A stretch of 64,000 nucleotides of DNA from NCBI GenBank assembly GCA_027061805.1, contig JAMOWA010000068.1, positions 131,660 through 195,659 of the forward strand, read 5' to 3'. The position numbers and the translations under genes were made by a program. This document shows positions 47,571-56,691 of the stretch, piece after piece. A model generated the notes under the pieces. It worked only from the letters and a program-made list of their open reading frames with translations. It ran no database searches and was not told where the DNA came from. The first letter of the stretch is position 1. Each line of letters opens with the position of its first letter. The DNA is from Thermoanaerobaculia bacterium. Its GTDB lineage: Bacteria; Acidobacteriota; Thermoanaerobaculia; Thermoanaerobaculales; Sulfomarinibacteraceae.

Positions 47571-48766
47571 GACCCTCCGTCATCGTGGTGATCCACGGCC
47601 CCGCCGGGCGACTGGACGACGCCGTGGCCTCCCTCGCGCCCTGGGGCGCGCGGGGGGCCGCCGAGGTGATCGTGGTGGACAACGGTTCCCCCGACGACGT
47701 CGCCGGTGAGACCCGGCGCCGCTTTCCCTGGGCCAACACCGTCACCAGCGAGACCAACCGCGGCTTCGCGGGCGGCGTGGCCCTGGGCGTGGAGGCCTCC
47801 GGGGGCGACGTGCTCCTGCTCCTCAACGACGACGCCGCCGCCGGGGAGGGGTGGCTGGAAGCCCACCTGGAGACCCTGGAGGCCAACCCCGGGGCCGCCG
47901 CCACCGCGGGGCTGCTCACCGGCTGGGATGGTGAGCGGGCCGACTTCCTCCGCGGTCTCGTCACCTTCGACGCCCACGCCTTCCAGCTCCACCAGGGCCG
48001 GCCCCTGGGCGAGGTGGAGCTCCCCGCCGCCGGGGAGCCGCTGGCGCTGGCCTGCGGCGGCAACATGGCCATCCGGAGGGCCGACTGGGAGCGGGCGGGG
48101 GGCTTCGACCCCGCCCTCTTCGCCTACTTCGAGGACGTGGAGCTGGCCTGGCGCCTCCAGGCCATGGGCAGGGAAGTTGTGGCCGCCCCGGCCGCCCGGG
48201 CGCGCCACCGCGGTGCCGCCACCTCACAGCAGATGGGGGACTTCCGGCGGGGAGTCCTCTTCGAGCGCAACGCCCTCAGGGTCTTCTTCGCCACCGCCGA
48301 CGCCGAACACCGGGCCGCCCTGGGCACCGCCGTGCTGGCCACCTTCCTCCACAGGATGGTGGCCTTCGCCGGGCTCGAGGAGGACACCGCGGCGGCCACC
48401 CGCGACCCCTTCGGCCTCACGGCCTCCTCCAGCGGTACCGGGCACGTCCCCGGCATGGGCGGGGGGCTCCGCCGGCTCTTCGGCCGGGCCCCCGAGGGTC
48501 CCGTGCTCCGGGACGGCCACCTGCTCATGCAGCTGCGTGCGGCCAGCGGCTTCTTCGAGGGCCTCGAGGCCACCACCGAGCGGCGGGCCTCGCTGGAGGC
48601 GCTCCGTACCGTGCCCGACCGGGAGATCCTGGCCCGCCACCCCCGTCCCGTGGTCCCCACCTACCCCGGCGACGAGGCGTGGTTCGCCTCGGAGGGGTTC
48701 CGCACCCTCATCCCGGAGGACTGGACGCCCGCGCACCTCGCCCTGGACGAGGTCATCCGGCGGTGA
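47567..48766 (+). CDS. family-2 glycosyltransferase
   Basis: GTG overlaps the upstream TGA. Blocks VIVVIHG, VVDNGS, LLLNDD and FFAYFEDVELAWR. Confidence 0.8.
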   Translation: MRPSVIVVIHGPAGRLDDAVASLAPWGARGAAEVIVVDNGSPDDVAGETRRRFPWANTVTSETNRGFAGGVALGVEASGGDVLLLLNDDAAAGEGWLEAHLETLEANPGAAATAGLLTGWDGERADFLRGLVTFDAHAFQLHQGRPLGEVELPAAGEPLALACGGNMAIRRADWERAGGFDPALFAYFEDVELAWRLQAMGREVVAAPAARARHRGAATSQQMGDFRRGVLFERNALRVFFATADAEHRAALGTAVLATFLHRMVAFAGLEEDTAAATRDPFGLTASSSGTGHVPGMGGGLRRLFGRAPEGPVLRDGHLLMQLRAASGFFEGLEATTERRASLEALRTVPDREILARHPRPVVPTYPGDEAWFASEGFRTLIPEDWTPAHLALDEVIRR

Positions 48767-49455
48767 GGGCCACGGCCGGAGGGCCCCTCCGGGTGATCAC
48801 CATCGGGGACGGCGATCCCACGGCCTGCCTCCACCAGGAGGAGGAGATCCTCGACCAGGCGGCGGGGGGAACGCCCGTCCTCCTCCTGTGGACGGGAGGT
48901 GCGCCCGCCGTGATCCTGGGTCACGGCCAGCCGGACGGCGACGTGGACCGGGAGGCCTGCCGGGAGCTGGGCCTGCCGGTGCTCCGGAGGATCACCGGTG
49001 GAACCGGCGTGATCCACGACGGCGACCTGGCCGTCTCGCTGGCCCTCCCGTCCGGCCATCCCTGGTCTCGCGGCATCCTCGCCCTCTACGGCCGGTTCCT
49101 GGACGTGCTGGCGGCCGTCCTCGCCGCCCGCGGGGCCAGGGTCGAGCGCCCGGTCGCACCCGCCCACGCCACCCGGGTCCGCTCCCCCATCTGCTTCGAG
49201 GACCGGCTCGCGGAGACGCTCCTCGTGGACGGCCGCAAGTGCGTGGGCTGCGCCCAGGCCCGCCGTGCCCGCTCCGTGCTGGTCCACGGCGCCGTCCTCC
49301 TCGGTCCGGATCCCGGGCTGTACGCCCGCGTGTTCCGGGCCGACGGGGCCCGCGTGGCGGCCGCCCTGGGCCCCGCCCTCCAGGGCGTCGCGGCCGCGGA
49401 GCTCTTCGAGCCCCTGGCGGCGGCGTTCTCGGAGGCGGTGGGGGTATGGAAGTGA
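48763..49455 (+). CDS. biotin/lipoate A/B protein ligase (BPL/LPL) family protein
   Basis: GTG overlaps the upstream TGA. Blocks RRITGGTGVIHDGDLAVSLAL and VDGRKCVGCAQARRARSVLVHGAVLL (catalytic-Lys context). Confidence 0.7.
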   Translation: MRATAGGPLRVITIGDGDPTACLHQEEEILDQAAGGTPVLLLWTGGAPAVILGHGQPDGDVDREACRELGLPVLRRITGGTGVIHDGDLAVSLALPSGHPWSRGILALYGRFLDVLAAVLAARGARVERPVAPAHATRVRSPICFEDRLAETLLVDGRKCVGCAQARRARSVLVHGAVLLGPDPGLYARVFRADGARVAAALGPALQGVAAAELFEPLAAAFSEAVGVWK

Positions 49456-49501
49456 GGGGGTGAGGAGACCAACCGCCCCACCCGGGGGTGCAGGGGCAGG
49501 G

Positions 49502-49554
49502 GGAATCCACCTCGATCCAGGACTCTTGCAACAGGCTCACGTTCCACGGAAGAG
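49502..49554. repeat. dispersed repeat block, inverted copy of 52290-52342
   Basis: ggaatccacctcgatccaggactcttgcaacaggctcacgttccacggaagag versus the reverse complement of 52290-52342: 44 of 53 identical by eye. Confidence 0.7.
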
Positions 49555-49624
49555 CGGGCGGACGTCGCAAGGCCGGGAACGAAGCCGGCGAGGAGCAGGT
49601 TATGCTGGAGAAGGAGGCGCCCCC

Positions 49625-50035
49625 ATGCCCGTGACGCTCACGGTGAAGCTCGAGTTCGAGGCAGCCCACCGGCTCCACAACCCGTCGAAGCCCGGGGACT
49701 GGAACCGGGAACAGTACGGCAAGTGCAACAATCCGCACGGTCACGGCCACAACTACGTGCTCGAGGTGACCGTGGGTGGCGGGGTGGACCCGGAGACCGG
49801 CTACATCATGGACATGAAGGTGCTCAAGGACCTCATCCGGGAGGTGGTGGTGGACCAGGTGGACCACCGTCACCTGAACCTGGAGGTCCCCTGGCTGGAG
49901 GGCGTGGTCCCCACCGCGGAGAACCTGGCTGCAGCGTTCTTCCGCCGCATCGAGGAGGTCCTCCCGGTCCGCGTGCGCCTCGAGGCCGTCACCGTCCACG
50001 AGACACCCCGCAACAGCGCCACTTTCCGGAACTGA
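49625..50035 (+). CDS. queD: 6-carboxytetrahydropterin synthase
   Basis: 136 aa with the CNNPHGHGHNY block. GAAGGAGG precedes the ATG. Confidence 0.9.
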   Translation: MPVTLTVKLEFEAAHRLHNPSKPGDWNREQYGKCNNPHGHGHNYVLEVTVGGGVDPETGYIMDMKVLKDLIREVVVDQVDHRHLNLEVPWLEGVVPTAENLAAAFFRRIEEVLPVRVRLEAVTVHETPRNSATFRN

Positions 50036-50047
50036 ACGAGCGGCCCA

Positions 50048-50064
50048 ACTCCGGTGACCGGAGT
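50048..50064 (+). terminator. short hairpin after queD
   Basis: actccgg tga ccggagt is a 7-bp stem with a 3-nt loop, 12 nt after the stop. There is no T-tract. Confidence 0.3.
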
Positions 50065-50432
50065 CACCACACCATGATGCGCGGTGTATCTCCATTGCTC
50101 TCAGATCCGACACGGAGGCCAGGCCACGGCCGCAAGGCGTCTCATCACCGCCATCGTGGCTGTTCTCGTCCTGGCCCCCCGCTGCAGGGGAGGACCGCTG
50201 CGGCCGCCACGCTGGAGCTGGGCGACCTCTCGCTGACGGTGCACCAGGCCTTCCCCAGGCTCGTGACCCTCTACGAGACCCCCGGCATCGACGCCGGAGA
50301 TGTCGCCAGCGTGCGTCCGTCTTGCATGGGGGCGGGTGGTCGTCACACCTCGCACGGGCGGAAGGGCAGGTGTCGCGCGGCAGGGCGGGCGCCGCACGGC
50401 ACGGACAATGCCGGGCATCGGCTGCCGCGAAT

Positions 50433-51224
50433 CTATGGCAGCTTCCGGTTGATCCAGTCCGCGAGGCCTGGCGACATGCGGCGGGTCCAGGCGAAGAAGC
50501 GCACGGAGAACGGCCGGACCACCTCGCGGCGGTTCCGCTCCACGGCACGGACGGTGGCCCGGGCCACCTCCTCCGGCTCCAGCATGCGGACCAGGAGCCG
50601 GGCCAGCAGGGGCAGGTCGGCCTCGGGGTCCAGGTTGGAGCCCTCGAAGAAGGGCGTGCGGACGGCCCCCGGACAGACCCAGGTGACACCCACCCCGCGG
50701 TCCAGAACCTCCAGGCGGAGCGTGGCCATGTACTGGATGACGGCCGACTTGGAGGCGCAGTAGGCCGAACCCAGCCGGTGGGGGATGAGCCCCGCCGAGG
50801 AGGCCACCGCCACCACGTGGGAGGGTGCGGCGGCGAGCAGGTGTGGCAGCGCGTGCCGGACGGTGTGGACCGTCCCAAGGTAGTTCACCCGGATGAGCTG
50901 CTCCGGGATGTCGGCGGTCTGCTCCTCCACGAAGGCGTAACGGCCCAGCCCGGCGTTGGCCACCACGAGCCGCAGCCCCCCGAAGGTGCCCGCCACCTGC
51001 CGCACGGCCTCGCCCAGCGACGGCTCGTCGGTGATGTCCACCGGCAGCACCAGCGCCTCGCCACCGGCCTTCTCCACCTCCCGGGCCACCGCCGTCAGGG
51101 TCTCCCGGTTCCGGGCCAGCAGGGCCACGCGGCACCCCTTCCGGGCCAGGGCCAGGGCGATCTCCCGGCCGATCCCCGTGGAGGCGCCGGTCACGAGGGC
51201 CGGGGTTCCTGGTACGATCCGCAT
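50433..51224 (-). CDS. short-chain dehydrogenase/reductase
   Basis: Start at MRIVPG (ATG 51224). VTGASTGIG and YCASK motifs. Confidence 0.85.
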   Translation of the reverse strand: MRIVPGTPALVTGASTGIGREIALALARKGCRVALLARNRETLTAVAREVEKAGGEALVLPVDITDEPSLGEAVRQVAGTFGGLRLVVANAGLGRYAFVEEQTADIPEQLIRVNYLGTVHTVRHALPHLLAAAPSHVVAVASSAGLIPHRLGSAYCASKSAVIQYMATLRLEVLDRGVGVTWVCPGAVRTPFFEGSNLDPEADLPLLARLLVRMLEPEEVARATVRAVERNRREVVRPFSVRFFAWTRRMSPGLADWINRKLP

Positions 51225-51298
51225 GACAGCACTATACCGTGAACCAGATCCCGGCACCGTCCCGTGCGGCCGGAGGGCCGGACGCGGAGGTGGGAACC

Positions 51299-51583
51299 AT
51301 GCGGAAGCACGCCGATGCCTTCCTTCTCGTGGACGCCCACTCCGCCTTCCAGGGGACCGGCCTGGCGACCGTCCTCCGGGAGCGCGGAATCAAGCGCCTG
51401 CTGGTGGGAGGCCCCGCCCTCGACTACTGCGTGAAGGCCACCTGTCTCGACGCCGTGCGGGAGAACTTCCGGGTGGCTCTCCTCCTGCCCGCCACCCGGC
51501 CGGTGGACGTGAGCGACCGGCTCCGCGAGGAGCGGCGCTCCGTGGTCCAGCGCCTCCGCCGGGCCCACACCCTGGGCCTGTAG
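51299..51583 (+). pseudogene. isochorismatase/nicotinamidase-family mini-gene (in-frame internal deletion)
   Basis: MRKHADAFLLVDAHSAFQGTGLATVLRERGIKRLLVGGPALDYCVKAT... The N-terminal LLVD strand is joined directly to the C-terminal ..SAF..TGL...L...GI..L.V.G.A.DYCV half. It has 94 codons versus about 190. GGAGGTG RBS. Confidence 0.55.
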
Positions 51584-51635
51584 CGCCCGGGGGGCGGGTG
51601 CTGGTACAGTCCCAGAGGATCAGGAGGGGGTGAGC

Positions 51636-52187
51636 ATGGCTCAAACGACGTTGAAGGATGCGGTCGAGGCCCGGGGTCCCTACGCGGTGTGGGACCTGAT
51701 GACCGAGGAGGAGCGGCGTGAGGCCGCGGCGGCCACCTGGAAGGAGGCCGACCCGGAGACCGGGGCCCTGATCCAGATGGCCCTGGCCAGGGAGCTCAAG
51801 TTCCGGCCCCACGCGGTCCGCAGGCTGGGGGCCGAGAAGGTGGCGGGGCGCCTCGCGCACATCGCGAAGGACCTGCCCGAGAACGTGCTCTTCCAGTTCC
51901 TGTTCCACTACCACATGGCGGCGAAACGCCCCCTGCTCGTGGAGTTCCTCGACGCCGTGGGGCTGCCCCACGAGGACGGCGTGCTGAACCTTCCCGAGGA
52001 CGCCGGGGCGCCGGATGAGGCCGAGGTGAAGACAGCGGCGGAAGCCCTCGTCGCGGGCCACGGCCGGGAGGCCCTCGTCTACCTGTCCACCCTCCTCGTG
52101 GCCGACGGCGAGTTCTGGGCGGGCCTGGCCCCGGTCCTCGAGGGCCACGACCCGGAGGGGGAGGCGGCCACCACCCCCACCCGGTGA
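51636..52187 (+). CDS. hypothetical protein
   Basis: 183 aa. AGGAGG lies 8 nt before ATG 51636. Helical, acidic composition. No family recognised. Confidence 0.6.
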   Translation: MAQTTLKDAVEARGPYAVWDLMTEEERREAAAATWKEADPETGALIQMALARELKFRPHAVRRLGAEKVAGRLAHIAKDLPENVLFQFLFHYHMAAKRPLLVEFLDAVGLPHEDGVLNLPEDAGAPDEAEVKTAAEALVAGHGREALVYLSTLLVADGEFWAGLAPVLEGHDPEGEAATTPTR

Positions 52188-52289
52188 AGACGTGAACGGG
52201 TGAGGACATCCCCCGCCCGGTGGGAGCAGGGGAACGAGCGACTGACTCCAGGCTGACGCACCCGCCCCTGCGATCCACACCAGAAGTGC

Positions 52290-52508
52290 CTCTTTCGTCT
52301 CACATGAGCCTGTTGCAGGAGTCCCGGGTCGAGGAGGATTCCCGCGGCATCGGCCCCCCACCCACCCGGGAAAATGAACCAGGGATTCCAAGGATTGATC
52401 GGATCGAGAAGAAAATAGAAAACATACCGGATATGGGTCCGATTTCACGCCAGGCCGACGGGCATGACCTTCAGAGGTTCTTTCAGTCGGCTCGCGTCAG
52501 ACGAGAGA
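52290..52508. repeat. low-GC island: inverted repeat blocks flanking an AT-rich core, sharing modules with 19.6-19.8 kb and 49.5 kb
   Basis: 52291-52310 tctttcgtctcacatgagcc can pair with 52489-52508 ggctcgcgtcagacgagaga (16 of 20). Core GC is 43% over 52381-52440 by hand count. Confidence 0.7.
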
Positions 52509-52673
52509 CGTGAGACGAGGGAGCCCCTCCGCCTCCGGCAGTGGAGGCCCTGGGGAAAGGGGGGCGGGGGTTCCATCGTGCCGGAAGACGGGGTTTGAGG
52601 TCATCCCCTGGGCCCACACGAGACCGCCCGGCCGGAGCCGGGCGGTCCGTGATCGGGTGTACAGATCCGCTGC

Positions 52674-53180
52674 TCACCGGGCCGGCGGTCCCCCCGCCTC
52701 TTCCCTGCAGTGGCGCATACTCTTCTTCATCCGTTCCCGCATCTTGCCTCGCATCTCGGCGGCCTTCTCCCGCTGCTCCGGAGTGAGCACCGCCCACACC
52801 TGCGAACGGACCTTCTGCCCGAGGACCATGAGCTCCACCATCTCGTCGGCCCGGGCACGGGCGAGCTCGCGCACCCTGGCCTCGTCGAAGGTGCCCGGAT
52901 CCAGATTCCACAGCTTCTGCCGCCCCGCTCGGAGGGACTCCATGTGGGCCCGGAACTCGGGTCGCGCCGCCTCGAGGATGGCGTGGACCTTCTCCCGCTG
53001 CCCGTCGCTGAGGTCCAGACGGTGGAGCATCCGGGTGATGCGCTGCATCACCATGCCACCGCAGGACGCTCCACCAGGATGCATGCCCGGCGTGCCGTGC
53101 CCGTGGGCCAGGACCACCGCCGCGCCCAGTGTCAGGCTCGCGGCCGTTGCAATGACCAGTGCCGTCTTCTTCATTTCCAT
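52674..53180 (-). CDS. periplasmic Spy/CpxP-family (LTxxQ) protein
   Basis: Signal peptide MKKTALVIATAASLTLGAAVVLA. Motifs LSDGQREKV and LTPEQREKAAEM. Divergent from an OmpR-type two-component pair. Confidence 0.75.
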   Translation of the reverse strand: MEMKKTALVIATAASLTLGAAVVLAHGHGTPGMHPGGASCGGMVMQRITRMLHRLDLSDGQREKVHAILEAARPEFRAHMESLRAGRQKLWNLDPGTFDEARVRELARARADEMVELMVLGQKVRSQVWAVLTPEQREKAAEMRGKMRERMKKSMRHCREEAGGPPAR

Positions 53181-53366
53181 GATGACCTCCCGTTTCGTCG
53201 TGCGCCCCCACGGGGGTGACGCTGTTCGTCGTCACCCGAGAGTACGGCGGGAGCACCTTGAGAGATGACGGGATGGGCTCAAGAAGGACAAGGAATCGTC
53301 AAGAAACGTCAAGATCCCTCCCAGGCCGCGACACCCGGGGACCTCCCCGCATCTTCAGCCCGTATC

Positions 53367-53536
53367 ATTGAGGAGGATTCGTGACGGGCGGGGCAAGGCG
53401 CTTCCCAGGGTGGGGTTCTCGCAGGGTGAGGGGGGTGAGGGCGTGCCTGTGGCACGTGGGACGACCGGACCGAGACAACGCCGCCAGGAATGGTGGATCG
53501 CGCCGCACGGTGGAAACGTCATGAATATTTCGGGCC
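53367..53536. repeat. dispersed-repeat modules upstream of the response-regulator gene
   Basis: 53367-53392 matches the 12695 and 18411 module. 53472-53536 matches 18444-18507 at ~85%. The two modules are separated here by about 80 nt that are absent from the 18.4 kb copy. Confidence 0.7.
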
Positions 53537-53556
53537 GAGGTGTAGGATCGGAGGCG

Positions 53557-54264
53557 ATGGAGATGATCCGGAAGGTGCTCGTGGTGGACGACGACCGGGA
53601 GCTGTGCGAGCTCCTCGCGCGCTACCTCGGCGGCGAGGGCTTCGAGGTGGAGTGCGTCCATGACGGTGAGACCGGCCTCGAACGGGCCTGCTCCGGCGAG
53701 GCCGGTGTGGTGGTGCTCGACGTGATGCTTCCGGAGCTGGACGGCTTCGAGGTGCTCCGGAGGATCCGGAGGGAATCCTCGGTCCCGGTGCTCATGCTCA
53801 CGGCCCGCGGTGACGAGGTGGACCGGATCGTGGGCCTGGAGATCGGCGCGGACGACTACCTGCCGAAGCCCTTCAACCCCCGGGAGCTCGCGGCCAGGCT
53901 GCGGGCGATCCTCCGGCGGGCCGGAGGTGACGGCAACGGGGATCCGGGGATCCTGCGTGTGGACGACCTGGAGATCGACGTGGGCGCCCGGGCGGTCCGG
54001 CGGGGGGACGAGGTGGTCCGGCTCACCGGCACGGAGTTCAACCTCCTGGAGCTGCTCGCGCGCAACGCAGGGAGGGTGGTCACGCGGGAGGAGCTCTCCC
54101 GGGAGGTCCTGGAGCGGCGCCCCAGCCCCTGGGACCGGAGCCTGGACGTCCACATCAGCAACCTGCGGCGCAAGCTGGGGCCCCACCCGGACGGCGGGGG
54201 CCGGATCACCACGGTCCGGGGCCAGGGCTACGTGCTCACCCGGCCCGCCCGGCGCCGGGGCTGA
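53557..54264 (+). CDS. OmpR/CpxR-type response regulator
   Basis: Receiver domain (VVDDD ... VVVLDVMLPELDG ... KPF) plus winged helix (RLTGTEFNLLELL ... GQGYVL). Confidence 0.9.
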   Translation: MEMIRKVLVVDDDRELCELLARYLGGEGFEVECVHDGETGLERACSGEAGVVVLDVMLPELDGFEVLRRIRRESSVPVLMLTARGDEVDRIVGLEIGADDYLPKPFNPRELAARLRAILRRAGGDGNGDPGILRVDDLEIDVGARAVRRGDEVVRLTGTEFNLLELLARNAGRVVTREELSREVLERRPSPWDRSLDVHISNLRRKLGPHPDGGGRITTVRGQGYVLTRPARRRG

Positions 54265-54274
54265 GGGGGCTGGC

Positions 54275-55651
54275 GTGGGACGGCTGTTCCTCAGGATCTT
54301 CCTCTGGTTCTGGGTGGGGATCGTCCTGGTGGGAGCCGCCGTCGCCCTCACCTCCATGTGGGCGGCCTCTCGCGGGCTCGATGCCACCTGGCGCGGGCAC
54401 CTGGTCTCCACCGTCCGGCTCTCCATCCACACGCTGGCGGAGTCGCTCCGGCGGGAGGGCCCCGGAGGCCTGCCCGCCACTGCCGGCCGCCTGGAGGCCG
54501 AGGAGGGCATCCGGGTCTGGGTACTTGCACCCGACGGCACCGACCTGGCCCACCCAGGCGAGGCCCCACCGGATCCCGTGGCCCGGGTGGCCCGGCGAGT
54601 CCTGGCTCGCAGGAGGGGCAGGCCCCCCCGCTTCCTGCCCTGGGAAGATCGGCTGCTGGTGGCTCATCGGCTCCGGGTGGGGGATGGACACCCCCTGGTG
54701 GTGGTGCTGGCTCTGCCGCGGAGGCCCCCGCTCACGCACCTTGTCCAGGCTCCCACGCTGGCGGTCCGGTTCCTACTTGTTCTCGGGATTGCGACTCTCC
54801 TGTGCTGGGTGCTGGCCCGGTACCTCACCACGCCCGTGAGGAAGCTCAGGGAGGCCACGGCGCGGCTCGCCTCGGGAGAGCTGGACGTCCGGGTGGGAGA
54901 GACGGTGGGCCGGCGGGGCGACGAGATCGGCGACCTCGCCCGGGACTTCGACCGCATGGCGGAGCGGCTCCAGGAGATGGTGGTGTCCCGGGAGCGGCTG
55001 CTTCGCGACGTGTCCCACGAGCTCCGCTCACCGCTGGCCCGGCTCGCCGTGGCCCTGGAGCTGGCCCGGGAGTCGAGACCCGGCGAGACGGAGCCCCTGG
55101 ACAGGATCGGGCTGGAGGCCGGGCGCCTCAACGAGCTCATCGGCGAGCTGCTGGCCCTCACCCGCCTGGACGAGGCCGGAGGAGGTCGCCGCCGGGAGGC
55201 CGTCGACCTGGGCGCCCTGGCACGGGAGGTGGCGGAGGACGCCGGGTACGAGGCCCGGGGCCGCGGCGTGGAGATGCGGGTGACGGTGGAGGGCAGCCCG
55301 CGGGTGGTGGGCTCGCCCCCGGAGCTCCGCTCGGCCCTGGAGAACGTGGTGCGGAACGCGATCCGTTTCGGGCCTGCGGGCGGTGCCGTCGAGGTGGACG
55401 TGCGTTCCGCGGACGGGGCCTGCACCATGACCGTCCGGGACCGTGGCCCCGGCGTGGCGGAGGACCTGCTGCCGAAACTCTTCGAGCCCTTCGCCACCGG
55501 CGAGCCCGCACGGGGGCACGGGGGCGGCAGCGGCCTGGGGCTGGCCATCGCCCGCCGGGCCGTGGAGCTCCACGGAGGGACGATCTCGGCGCGCAACCGG
55601 GAGGGTGGCGGCCTGGAGGTCACGATCCGGCTCCCCCTGGCGGGGGCATGA
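54275..55651 (+). CDS. sensor histidine kinase (two TM segments, HAMP, HisKA, HATPase_c)
   Basis: H-box SHELRSPL, N-box VVRNAIRF, G1 VRDRGPGV and G2 GGSGLGLAI. GTG 54275 was chosen 11 nt after the regulator stop; the start is uncertain. Confidence 0.85.
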   Translation: MGRLFLRIFLWFWVGIVLVGAAVALTSMWAASRGLDATWRGHLVSTVRLSIHTLAESLRREGPGGLPATAGRLEAEEGIRVWVLAPDGTDLAHPGEAPPDPVARVARRVLARRRGRPPRFLPWEDRLLVAHRLRVGDGHPLVVVLALPRRPPLTHLVQAPTLAVRFLLVLGIATLLCWVLARYLTTPVRKLREATARLASGELDVRVGETVGRRGDEIGDLARDFDRMAERLQEMVVSRERLLRDVSHELRSPLARLAVALELARESRPGETEPLDRIGLEAGRLNELIGELLALTRLDEAGGGRRREAVDLGALAREVAEDAGYEARGRGVEMRVTVEGSPRVVGSPPELRSALENVVRNAIRFGPAGGAVEVDVRSADGACTMTVRDRGPGVAEDLLPKLFEPFATGEPARGHGGGSGLGLAIARRAVELHGGTISARNREGGGLEVTIRLPLAGA

Positions 55652-55657
55652 GGGGAT

Positions 55658-56608
55658 TCAGGCCAGCGGGCGCGAGTCCACCTGCTCCCGGATGCGCACG
55701 GCGGCGTCCAGGGCCCTCGTGGCGGTGACGCCGTCCACGATGGGGGCCTCCTCCCCCCGGCACGCGGCCAGGAAGGCCTCGTGCTCGGCGGCCAGGGGCT
55801 CCCGGGACTTGATGGGAACGGGACGCGGGGCGATCTGCGTCCCCTCCGGGGTCCTCACCAGCCGGGCGCCGTTGACCGTCTGCCCGGCGTAGTCCACCGA
55901 GAAGTAGCTGTCCCGGGCGAAGAGCCGGAGCTTCCGGACACGCTCGCCGGAGACCCGGGAAGCCGTGAGGTTGGCCACGAGGCCCGACCCGAATTCGATC
56001 CAGGCGTGGCAGAGGTCCACCTTGTCCGTGAGCACCGGCACCCCCACGGCCCGGATCTCCGGCACCGCGTCCCCGGCCACGGCCAGGGTGATCTGGAGGT
56101 CGTGGATCATGAGGTCCAGGATCACATCCACGTCCACCGAGCGGGCGGTGAAGGGCGAGAGGCGCTGGGCCTCCAGGTACCGGACCCCCTCGGCCAGCCC
56201 GAGCGCGGCCTGCACCGCGGGGTTGTGGTACTCCACGTGGCCCACGGCGAGCACCCGGCCGCGGGACCGGGCGAGCTCCACGAGCTCCACGGCCTCGTCC
56301 ACGGAGGCGGCGATGGGCTTCTCCACCAGCACGTGGCAGTCGCGCTCCAGCAGGAAGCCCGCCACCTCGCGGTGGCTGACGGTGGGGGTGGCCACCACCA
56401 CCACGTCGGCCTCCGCCGCCGCCTCCAGCGATCCGAGGACGGGGGCGCCGTGCTCCCCCGTGACGGCCTCGAGCCTCGAGGCGTCGGTATCGAAGGCGCC
56501 CAGGAAGCGGACGTCCGGGTTGGCGGCCATGAGCCGGACGTGGTGCCGGCCCAGGTGGCCGACGCCCACCACGGCGGCGGTGAGGCGGGTCGGGGGGGGC
56601 GTGCTCAT
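55658..56608 (-). CDS. Gfo/Idh/MocA-family NAD(P)-dependent oxidoreductase
   Basis: Start at MSTPPPTRL (ATG 56608). Rossmann block AVVGVGHLGRHH and the VLVEKP block. Confidence 0.85.
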   Translation of the reverse strand: MSTPPPTRLTAAVVGVGHLGRHHVRLMAANPDVRFLGAFDTDASRLEAVTGEHGAPVLGSLEAAAEADVVVVATPTVSHREVAGFLLERDCHVLVEKPIAASVDEAVELVELARSRGRVLAVGHVEYHNPAVQAALGLAEGVRYLEAQRLSPFTARSVDVDVILDLMIHDLQITLAVAGDAVPEIRAVGVPVLTDKVDLCHAWIEFGSGLVANLTASRVSGERVRKLRLFARDSYFSVDYAGQTVNGARLVRTPEGTQIAPRPVPIKSREPLAAEHEAFLAACRGEEAPIVDGVTATRALDAAVRIREQVDSRPLA

Positions 56609-56691
56609 GGGCTGCAGGATAACGCAGCGGCCGGGCAGAGGTACAATCGCCTCCCCGGTGCTCCGTGGCACCGGTGGTGAAGGAGGCCGCC

